DNA from: Thalia democratica
Taxonomy: Eukaryota
Direction: 5' to 3'
Assembly: GCA_965202585.1 (NCBI GenBank)
Contig: OZ241829.1
Coordinates: 18,228,001-18,292,000 of the forward strand
Length of the DNA stretch: 64,000 bases
Of the stretch, positions 51,001-63,000 are shown piece after piece. The notes under the pieces were generated by a model, which was given only the letters and a program-made list of their open reading frames with translations, was not told where the DNA came from and did not search any database. The stretch's first letter is position 1, and each line of letters opens with the position of its first letter. The position numbers and the translations under genes were made by a program.

Positions 51001-54000
51001 ACCTGACCATGATACCTGAAAATTTTGTGGGCAGGATTTGCGAGGAGTTCGGAACGTGGAAGAGTGTGCCTACTACGGCTGTTCCAATGTGTGGAAAAAG
51101 TAAAAATATGTTGCGATTTAGCTTAGGAGTAATACCGTTTGTGTTAAAATTCGTTAAGAAAAAGCTATCTCAGATTTATTCAAAACATTTAAATGTAGAT
51201 CTTTCGTTTATTTAAACTCTTAAAATCATTTATAAAATATTATTTTGTTTTTAATATTTTTCTTAATGGTTTAAAACATAAATAATATTGTAGAACTTTA
51301 TAAGCTGTCCAAACTATTTTCTAAACAAGCAGACCACCCCTTGTACCTGACATTTTATTTAAGAGAAATTAGTAGTCGTCTTTTTATGAAAATTCAAAAC
51401 AACTTTTTAGTTGATCTACGCAGCATATAAAATACACTAAAGCTGTACTTTGCTTTTATAATGTCATCGGCTGTAAAAAATAGTTAAACATGAGAATTTA
51501 AAAAACTTTGCTGATATATATTTTTTTTTAACTAAGTTTGTATTGAATTTTTAAGCTTTTGTTTTTCAACAACTTTTGTTTATAGTGTGTCATAAACCTG
51601 ATAACATACCCTACGGAGAACTAGTGAGTATTGACCAGAAACGTAAAGGTTTCTACTTGGAAGGTGATGTTTTTGGTTATGCTTGTACTGATGGCTATAT
51701 ATATCATAATGGAAAATCAAGCGATTATGTTTTCAAGTGTTTAAACAACGGATCTTACAACAAAACTAGAGAACCTATCTGCATTACAAGTTACTAAGTG
51801 TTTATATAAATACGACATTTTAATACTTACACCCTATCTGCTGTTACTATTATATTTTCAAGATTTATTAATTATCCTAAAAAACTTAATTATTTCAATC
51901 AAATATTAAGGTGGAGTTAGGGTTGTTTTTTTTTAGAATAAATTTTAGTAATAAGCTTTTTTAACTTGAAATGTAAAAATTTGATTTGTAAGAAAAAATA
52001 GCAATGATATTAATTTTATCATAAAAAATGTCTTTACCATACACATAACTTCACAAATAATCGCAACTAAATCAAAAGTAGTTTTTTATAATTTAAAGTT
52101 AAGTAGTTTATTGTCCTTGAATCATTATTTTACTTACAAGTTAAATATAAATTATAATAAACACTGTTTACAAATACTTAAAAATCAAGACATCTTAAGA
52201 AGCAAATTTCGTCTCTCAAGGCAGTTTGATTGTACTACGTTTGACTTCAAACGTTGGTAAAACAGCGTTTATCCTTATACTAAAAAAAATTGTTCCGTTT
52301 TATTTCTGGCAATCTATGCACTTTAAAACCTAGTTTTTCTAATTCTATCATAAAAGTTTAAATACTAAACATAATCATTAGTTTTGTAAATGGTTACTTA
52401 ATTAACTTGCTAGATACTGTTGGTTTAACGGATATTGAGTTAATGGATTTAAAAAATTTAAATTACTTTTAGTTTAACAATCGTTCTGTTAGGTTTTTTT
52501 TACTATATGAAACTTACAAATAAGTACGTTCTTAAAACTATACAGCTGATTAATTTTAAAAATATCTGTTATTTATTACCAAGCAACAAGTTTACGTTAC
52601 AATAGGTTGTCCTTCGCCTCCTACAGGAGATAACTTGAGTTGGAAAATAACATTCAGCCATAAGAAAGACGAGTTTTGGAGTGAAACTGAAATTACTTAT
52701 AAATGTGCTTCTACGCATAGTTTTTTGTGGGGGGAGAACAAAAAGCGGACGTGTGGATTTAACGGAAGTTGGGACTTTCAAAATGCCCCTAAATGTATTC
52801 CACGTTAGTAAAATAAAATGAGTTAACCACTCACTTAACAAAACATTTATATCCATTTTCTTAAAGATAATTATTGTTCGACGTAATTAATATTTTTGTT
52901 TTGTTTTAGTTTGTCGTGAACTCGATGACATACTTAACGGAAAATTAAATGCTCTCGACCAAAAAACAATCGGTGTTTACATAAATGGTGATACTTTCAG
53001 TTATACTTGTAATGATGGCTATATATTTCATAATGGAACATCAAGTGATTATTTTTACCAATGTTCAGATGACGGATCTTACAACAACACTAAAGAACCT
53101 CTCTGCATTACAAGTTAGTTCACATTTTGTACACTTTTAAAAAACTAGTATTTATCTGCTGTTTTGTTGAAATTAACAAAGTTTATAGTTTCTAAAGTTT
53201 TATGTTATTACAATCAATTACAGTGTTTGAACTTTTACATTTGACAGTTTTGCTTAAGTTAAGCCTAATATCTTATAACATGTTTACCATATTTAAAACA
53301 GATTTTATTATTAACTGATGATCTCTTTTTTGAGTGAAGTATTGTTTTTATAATAAATCTTAAAATATTTGAAGTTATATCATTCTCAGGGTGCGCATCA
53401 GGCTTAATCAGGCCAAATTAGGCTAAATCAGTTATTTTGAAAAAAGTTGAAAAACATCAGGCTAAATCTTTTTTTTTATTCAAAAATTTGAGAATCTCAT
53501 TTTTCAAAGTTCAAATGCTTAAAAAATATTGTTTAAAAAAATTGAGAATTTTTTTAAGGTCAAATTGAGATGTGAACTTATTTCTCAATATAAATGTTGG
53601 TATTAAAGACAAAATCAGTCAGTAATTGTAAAAATAAATGCTTAAGTCCTTTTGTTGAATCTCTAAAACTAATTTTAAGAGTCTTCCATGTTTTGTTTTG
53701 AATTGATTATGTACGTCATATTAAAATTCATAAAAATTATACAGTTTAGACATTACAGTTTAGTTCAACAACTTAGCTGTTTGTTTGAATTTGTTTACAC
53801 CAGCTAATATTTTCATAGCTTAGTTGGTTGAACTGTTTTAATTTCTAATTTAAGGCTTTATACCAAATACTTTTTAGATTAAACCTCTTACCAGTTTATT
53901 CATACATTTAACTGTTTGTTTATTTACTAAGTTTTGTGGGAGTACAAATTTTAGGTACAATTCATTTTTCTTTACAAGAACAAAATATTAAAGGTTTTTT

Positions 54001-57000
54001 TTTTAATTTAAGTGTAAGCTTTTTAAGTCTGATAAGAAATCAATAATCACTGTATTTATTTAGAGTTTATGATTTATAACTATGTATCAATTTCAAGTTT
54101 AGTCAAAATACTGTAATAAACATTTTGCACTTATTTTAATACTTGTCTAACCTTTCATTTTAAATGTTAATAAAACACTACAATGCACGTCGTTTTATCA
54201 TAAATTTTCTGGTTATGATGTTTTACTTAATGCTTAACTAAATTGAACCATTGTGCTAAGTAATATATATTACATTTTTACACTAGTAATAGATTAGATA
54301 TAACACTTATTTTAAAACTTATCACTGATTATTTTATCTTAAGTGTATAGGGGGCGGGGGTCAATCACCCTTTTCATAATTTAGTCTTATTTTATTGAGT
54401 TGTAACTAAGCTATGAGTTGCTTTTTGGAGATTTTTAAAGCTCAAAATAATCTTGCCATAAAGCCGTTAAAGTCAGAGACTACAATAGTACTAATCAAGA
54501 CCCACCATACCCAAAATTACTTCTAAAATGATTTTTTCCTACTTTAAAAAATATCAGGCTTAATCGGTCTCAATCAGGCAAATTAAAAAAAAATTGCGCA
54601 CACAAACCCTATATTCTCCTAATCGATAAGTTGAGATCATTCATTGTTTTTTTAAAGACACAAATTTTACAAAATTGAGCTATGTCATAAAACAAATAAA
54701 AGTACTAGTTTTTTATTCTTTCAAAATGGATAGGTGTCTAACAAACGCGGAACGTCACTCACACATCGAGCGCTAATTTCGCACGTCCTTGCTTTTTCAC
54801 GGTAGTCATTTTCGCACGAGTCGTTACTATGTACAAGCCTGACGACTCATGTAACATGACACACGTGACATGAAGTTACTCCGTGGGAAAGTGACAATGT
54901 TTTGAACTCTTTGTAGTTTAATTCGCTAATAACTTTTCAACTTTGTAAACATTGATTTAGTGGGCTCAAGAGCTATTTGTTTTAGTAAGATTACTGTTAA
55001 GTTGGTTTTACAAACTATCTCTTATTTCAATACTAGAGTGCATTGTCGTTAGATGAAATTATGAATTTTACAAGTTAAATTATCACATTGTAATAGGATG
55101 CGAATTGCCTCCTGTAGGAGATTACGTCACTTCAGATATAACATTCAGCCATAAAAAAGACGAGTTTTGGAGTGAAACTGAAGTTACCTACAAGTGTGCT
55201 CCTTCACACAGTTTTTTGTGGGGTGAAAATAAAACACGGATTTGTGACTTTAATGGAAGCTGGGACTTTCAAAATGCCCCAAAGTGTGCTCCAGGTTAGT
55301 GAAAAAACAATAAAAATTAAACATGATAACATAATTAGCAAAAAATTGTCGTTTTTTATTTACTTATGTATTCAAATAGTAAGTTTTGACACATATACAC
55401 GTATTTTTAGTCTGCGAAGTACCTCCATACATGCTAAACTCGTATACAACTACAAATTCAACTGTAAGGCTTGAAAATGGAACCATGGCAGAAAGTATAG
55501 TTGATTATAGCTGTAATACTAATTACTATCTGGTAAACGAAAATGCAAATGTTCGATTTCGTTGTGAACTGGGAGCAACGTGGGAACCTAAAGAACTAAT
55601 AAGTTGCATTAAAAGTTTGTGTAAAACTTATTTGTAGATTTTAAAAAAGTTTAGATTATTAAAATAAGGTTTTTTCAGTATTCTCAATGCTGTTTTTTTA
55701 TATAGTTTGTAATTTAGGCGACAATAGTTTCAAATAAACCAAAATTAAACTACCTCAAACGTCAATATTCAGAATGCGATGATATACCAACAGTTAAAAA
55801 CGCTCAAAATCCCGAAATTTTCAATCCTAATAAAAGAGGAGAGGTTTATTTGAATGGTACTGAAGTTGAGTACACATGCAATGCTGATTTCGTGTCAAAT
55901 GTGTCCAAATTAACTTGTGATGAAAACGGTCAATGGACGTCAATTTTTCAGTGCTACCCAGGTTTTAATCTCAATGCTTTTAGTTACAATTTAAGTTTGT
56001 GAAAAATTTTATACTGCTAAAGATATTTGGTCAATCATTTTATCTAATGTCTTTGTTTTAGGTTCTGTTTCTGAAAAGAAAGTATAATCTAGATGCTATT
56101 TAAGTCGGTCAATATTACTAAAGTGTTATATTTTTTACCATGTTTTTATTTTGTAAATTTTCTTGATAATGCTTTGAAAAACTATATCATAACGTAATTG
56201 TAAAACTTGCTTGTTTCCAAACCAGTTTGCCCATACCCACCAACCGACGGCCGGGCCACTTACAAGATAATGTACAGCACGGACGACAAATGGATGATTC
56301 CTGGCACAAGAGCTGTCTACTCATGCGATGCTCACCACACCCTGGAAGGTTCCGACACGATCACTTGTCAGGACTCAGGCGATTGGGATCGCTCCATACC
56401 TCCCGCCTGCACGCCAAGTTAGTTAATGTTTTATTCTGTTTTTTAAGAGTATGGTTAAAAATAACTATATGTTTTTAGTTTTATGTTTTGTTCAAATTTG
56501 CTTTCCAAGTCAGTTTAGTTGAGAATAAGCTTCAAATAGTAGTCATTACAACTATTTACAAAAAAAACATTTTTTGTTTTGAAGTTTTATTTTCTTGTTA
56601 GATACTAATTATTAAACATTTACATTCATAAATATGCTTAAAGTATAAATTGATACCTAATATTTACAACTTGAAATTATTTCAAGGAATGAAAAAAGGT
56701 ATGTAGTTATTAAATACGACTCTACTACTATATACTATACTTGGAAGCTGCAAGTGTTTCGGCATGTTGGTATTTGCATGTTGGAATCTGCAGGTGTCTC
56801 GGCATGTTGGAATATGCATGTTGGAATTTGCAGGTGTCTCGGCACGGTTTTAATAACCAGCTTACATACTCACCTGGTTTTGCACACGGCAATTAATGAA
56901 TACAAAATTGTATTTATTTTGCCTTTGTCAATCAAAAAATATCGAGTAGAATTTAAAATATAAATTAGAGAACTGTTGTTATTATTTATTTGAAACTTGT

Positions 57001-60000
57001 CTTTAAAAAAAAAATTTAATTAAAAAGTTTTTAAAATTTATTCTAATGCATGCATCGACATATAGACAATTGAAGTGAAATAAGTATAATTTCACATAAA
57101 TGTCCAACATCGACTCCATTCTAAAAAAAAATTATTTTTTTTTAATTTGCAAAGAAAAAAGAAATAAAAATTTACACGTTGTAATAAAGTTTTGTTGCCA
57201 TTGACAATTAAATAATAAAAACACCAAAATAATTTCAAACTCCAAAATATTATTTTTATCTGCAATATTTACAAGCAATCACTAAAAAACCAAAAGCGAG
57301 AATTATCGATACAATTATCTAGGACTAAAAATGCTAAGGCATTGACGCAAAAATAACATACATTTTGTTTAAACAAACCACATAGTATTTTTTATCTTAT
57401 TGTAAACAACTTGTTATTTAAGTGTTGATACAATAGGCTTATAAACTTGAAATTGTTAAATTAGTTTTTATTTTGAAACATTTACTCTTAAAATACTTAA
57501 CTCATGCAGTAAAAATTAAAAACTATCAACTTAATTTGTAAATTCAGTAAATATACTTAAGTCATATAAAATGTCTAAAACAAAATAATGAATAAATATT
57601 TTTACAAGGATATTTCTATAGTTGAGAGATCTTTGTATCATATGAAAGTTAAACTATATACAACGAACGGTTTTTTTTTTAAGTTTTTTATGTTTAAACA
57701 ATATTTACACAAATATACACATATAAAGATATATAGTTTTTAAAATTATTTACAAAGTTTAAACTTTGCTTTGTCTTACTGTAGATGTTAATGTTTGACT
57801 TTGGTTGATTTGCAGACTATTAATAAATGACTTGGTCGACTTCATTTTATAAGTGCTTTTACTTTTGTTCAAGATATATAGCTGTCATAGATTATTTAAT
57901 GAAGTTTTTGAACAACAATCGCTTTTCTTCACATACATATATTGTTTTGTTGCTAAATCGAGTTTTTACCTTTCGGGTGGAATAAGTACGCATACATAAG
58001 AAGCACTCTTTTTAACTGTTTTATTTCTAGTACAGGAGCACTTAAATCAAGAGTGATTTTCATTGCTGCAAATTAAATGCCTTTATGTCTGTGCGGCTGA
58101 TAAAAAGCGATTATATTTTTTACGACAAAAACAAGTGCAATGGGAGTTAAAAGTGCTTTCTTTGCGGCTTACATGCGCTCATTGACGGCTTATATGCGAT
58201 TAGCGACTTTTTAATAATAAAAGCTTTGCGTTAAAATGTTGTACACATTTAGCACAAAATAAAAATATAGATGACAAAAAAACTGCACATACATAAGGAA
58301 ATTAAGCAATTCTTTATTTTTTTTGCTCGCAATTAAACCACTCGAGAAATAAACACTATCATTTTAATAAAACTTAGTAGACTTTTACCACACGCTTTTA
58401 CCTTTAATTTTACATTCACTGTCACAACGACCGGTGATTTACACTACCATCATTACTAAAATCAAATAAGCGATCATCGCAAACTATAATTAAGTTCAGT
58501 TTTACACGTAAAAAAGCATTGTAGAAATTATTCCGAGTTGTAAGTCTAAAAAATAAATGAATTCTTAAAAAATAACTTAATAAAATAAATTATTTTCTGA
58601 TCGGATTTAATTGAATCTTTACTTATGTTTGCCTTGTCTTCGAAAGGTTAGTTTTAAGAGCTTTTAGAGGACGCCATTATTGTATACCATATTTATTTAT
58701 AAGTAATTAATAGGATATAAAAATATCTCTATCTTTATCGGGTATAAATAGGTATAGCAACTTAATTTAGTTATAAAATAAACAACAAAAACTATGTACA
58801 ATTTATTACTTTCACAAACGAACGATTCAAGATGGTGCGCGACGCTTAAGTTTTCTACACATTAATCTTATACGAACTTCAATATCGATAAAAGTGGAAA
58901 ATATAATATTTATGAACGTAGAAATCCTTTTAAAATTGTTTCATATCGTACCACAGCTTACGTCTTCGGCCTCGAAGTCTCACGTAAGCTGTTTTACATC
59001 GTTCTCTAGTTAACCTCTGCGGCCGCGCAGTCCCAAGCCAACTATTTTGTATCGTACTGCCATTCACGTTTCCGGCCTCGAAGTCTCACGTGAAAAGCTG
59101 CAACTACTTCCACGAAGGAAGAGTCGCCTCGTTGAAGCGGCCTAGGTCCGCTCCGTAGGGTAGTTGAGGTATAATAACCTAATTGTAGATGTGCTTCATC
59201 GTTTATATACATTTTTACTCTCTCTATGGCAGGTGGCTTGACATGTTGACAGTTGCAGGTAGCTTGACTTGTTAACAGTTGCAGGTGGCTTGACATGTTG
59301 ACAATTGCATGTGTCTCGGCATGTTGGTATTTGCATGTTGGAATCTGCAGGTGTCTCGGCATGTTGGAATATGCATGTTGGAATTTGCAGGTGTCTCGGC
59401 ACGGTTTTAATAACCAGCTTACATACTCACCTGGTTTTGCACACGGCAATTAATGAATACAAAATTGTATTTATTTTGCCTTTGTCAATCAAAAAATATC
59501 GAGTAGAATTTAAAATATAAATTAGAGAACTGTTGTTATTTTTTATTTGAAACTTGTCTTTTAAAAAAAAATTTAATTAAAAAAGTTTTTAAAATTTATT
59601 CTAATGCATGCATCGACATACAGACAATTGAAGTGAAATAAGTATAATTTCACATAAATGTCCAACAAAAGCATTCAAAAAAAATCGCTGCATCTATAAG
59701 TTTTTTTTTGCAGAGACTTTCCACGTTTACGCATTATCAGCGGGAAGTGGTGCATCAACGCTTGAGAACGGAATCATAAAGTGGCAGGGATCCGATAACT
59801 TGTTCGGGAGCGAAAGAGGCACTGGCGTTGCAATCATAAACCCTTTGACCGACACTGTCCAATACAACAGGTTCGACACCATGCTGGATGAAATTATAGT
59901 GGGTCATTTTGAATTTATTAGTACATTGATTAAAACTTAAAGTAAGAATAAACTACTATGCTATAACAATTTTGAAGTTTTTTGTCAGTTTTAGATAAAT

Positions 60001-63000
60001 TGTTTGTTTTTATTTTGTAGAAGAGAATGAAATTATATGAGACTGTTGAAATAATTTAACTTTAAGCTTTAAAGGTAACTTAGTTAAATTTTACTTGATT
60101 CAACAAATTTTATCTATAATACCGTAATATTGAAAACGGTTTATTATCGAAAACTTTTAATCAGGTTGAACGCATGGCTGCTTTCATCGAAGACAATTCG
60201 ATTTACGGTGACGTAATAGTCATGGCAGTCAGAGGAGCGCAAAACCTCCGTCAAAAATTTTCACAAAACTCCAACAATATAATGGCGAAAATCGGAGTAG
60301 ACAGAGTTGATAGATGCTCATTGGAAACCCTCGGTTATTACTCGTTGTATCATTTTACTGTGATTTTGAAAGTCTAAAAAAATAGTTTATTTTCGCTTTG
60401 TCAAAAAAAAAACTCTTATTTAAACTAAAAGTGCAAAATCTTGGTTATTTTTTAGTTTCGTTTTTAAAAGTTTTTTTTTAATTTATATTCCTTTTTTAAT
60501 TGCATATAAGTATTGCTCTTCAACAATAAAAATTTCGTAAAAACTATAGTTTCTGTACAACTTTTATATAACATATAGTTGTATCAAATTTTTACATACA
60601 TTTTACCTTAGTCCTTGTAGATTTTTTAAAGAGTATTTATTGCTAAAAAAATAAAAAAAAGATAAATTATTCTTTCAAACGTAATATTTTTCTAAACAAT
60701 TCTACAACTAAAAGCTTCGAAACAGATAGCTCAATTTCATCACTAAAATTAATATATTGATAATAAAAATATATATCTACAAGGACAGCAAATGTAAGAA
60801 TTAGAGCTGATTATTCTAATACAGATGTTGAAACGTTTTTCAAAACATAGAGTAGTAGATTATGTTATAATAAACATTTTAATGCAATAACTGACTAAGA
60901 AAAACTTAACTTTTTATTGAAAACCACAATTATTAATACCTGCTTCAACACAAGTATTATTTCAAATAGAACCGCACCACTCTTGGGTTGTGGTAACCGG
61001 CAGATTTCCAGAACACGCCCCCGTTCCCAGCTGGGCAGAATGCAAAACGAACAGTCTTGAAGCTCTTGAGATCAACAAAACGTTCTCCTTTGACGGTGAG
61101 ATTTTTGTTGAACTTCGTACTATACATTTTCGGCTGGCACAGGCAGTTTTTGTATTTGTAAAACACAAACATAAATTTTTCATCAAAGTTTTATAAAGCC
61201 TTGTATGACAGATGTCAAGGGTAACATATGATGACGTCATAGCGACTACGAGGAAGGTTGAACTACTTTGAACTTTGTTAAAATTTGTGTTTCGAAACTA
61301 TATTGTATTAAAACTGTAATACAAATTAACATGGAATGCATCAGAGACCAATGTAATCATATTGCTCTGTACTTCTATGACGTCATATCGCGAATATTGT
61401 AATCACTGACAGTTAATTTTTTTCATGCTGTCAGCTCCACCTAAAACTTTGACCTATTCGAAAATTATTTAATTAAGTAGACTTTTAAACTACTTGTTTT
61501 CAGCTTGCGAAAACCCGCCGCCAGTGCTGTACAACGGAGGGTACAGTGACGTAAACCCGGATGAAGAATACTTTGACGGTGAGCTCCTGAACTTCGCCTG
61601 CAACACTGATGCTACTCCCCATCCGTCAAACACCCAAGTCGTCTGCACCACGATGGGATGGAAACACGCTGTCGGCTGTCTAAGAGGTCCTTTTTAATTT
61701 CAATAGTTTTCTTTGCAACTTATAAAAAACATCATGCTTAAAGCTAAAGAAATGGCTTTATTTAAATGCTACAGCATTTTGAAAGACAGCTTTTTTACGT
61801 TTAGTTAAATAACCACAACAGAATGCGCTGACCCACCAAAGGGACAAAACGTAGACGTGACAATCACCAAAAAGCTGGAAGGAAAGTGGTTGCCGATGCC
61901 AGAGGCCACCTACCGCTGCATCAACGGTTTGGTGGCTGTCCCCGGTACCACCTATACATTCACTTGCAATGAGGACAGAAGCTGGCCTCACACTGAGGCT
62001 CCTACGTGCTCAAGAGGTTGCTGGTTTTTTTAATACTTCTTTTTTTCGAGCTAGCTTCTTTAGAGTTTTGCTTTTTGAGTGGGTTAGTCTCGGTGCTCTT
62101 GTTAAGATTTTTGCAAAAATACCATTTTATTTGACTATTTTAGTAATTATTTTTTGATTTATTGCAGTTTGTTATTTATGATTTAGAATTATGATTTTTT
62201 GTAAATTGTTTTTATTTAAGATTAGCTAACTTCTTATGGTTTTAGTATAGTAGAAGTTAACTTTTTGTTAAGAAACATAATTTTTTTATGTGAATTTTTT
62301 TCTTCTAGAAATAAAAACAAGATTGTTTATTTTCTCTAGCCTTATATTTTTAAAGGTGTCAATTATATACCATTATATGTCAATAAATAAATTTAAATGT
62401 GTTTATCAAATTAAAACTAGTCAACAAATAGGTAGTTCATTAAACGATTATATTAAACTGGAGTTATGTCATGTTAAACAACTTTCTAAAATTATAAATT
62501 AAAATACTATATATATTCATATAACAATGCGCCAAAATAGCGATATGAATGAAGTTATTAAACGATTAAATTTTGAGTGCTATTCAGGTTTCTGAATGTT
62601 ACTTAATTTCTAAGTGTAATCCAATTAATGAAAATACAACAAATTTTCACATAATCATAAGACAAAAGTCCTTGAACTAATATAAATAGTGTCTGACAGA
62701 ATTAACTTTAAAACTTTTTTTTGTATGACTATCTTCAAATATAGTAGTGTTATTTAAACTGTTTTTTTTTTAATAAAACAACCTGGCTATTTTTACTGAA
62801 CTAAGGATCGAGGATCAAAATGACAATAAAAAAAATTTTCTAAAAATAAAATTATCATTGTTACTGTAACTTAAATAAATTATTCTAACTATAGTGAATC
62901 ATAGTTGGTACTTGTGAAACTATGATCCATTTTGATAGAATACATTACTGAACATATCACCCAGCATTGTATATAAAGTTGAAGAAACGATTGTTTACCC

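Noticed and set aside
59042-59520. Overlapping ORFs of 68-135 aa (also 56754-56963)
   Set aside because: Produced by the 26/14-nt minisatellite in the LTR-like repeat.
61229-61390. Paired ATGACGTCAT (CRE) palindromes, also at 11711 and 40684
   Set aside because: Short motif scattered through the window in unrelated contexts; no independent support for function.
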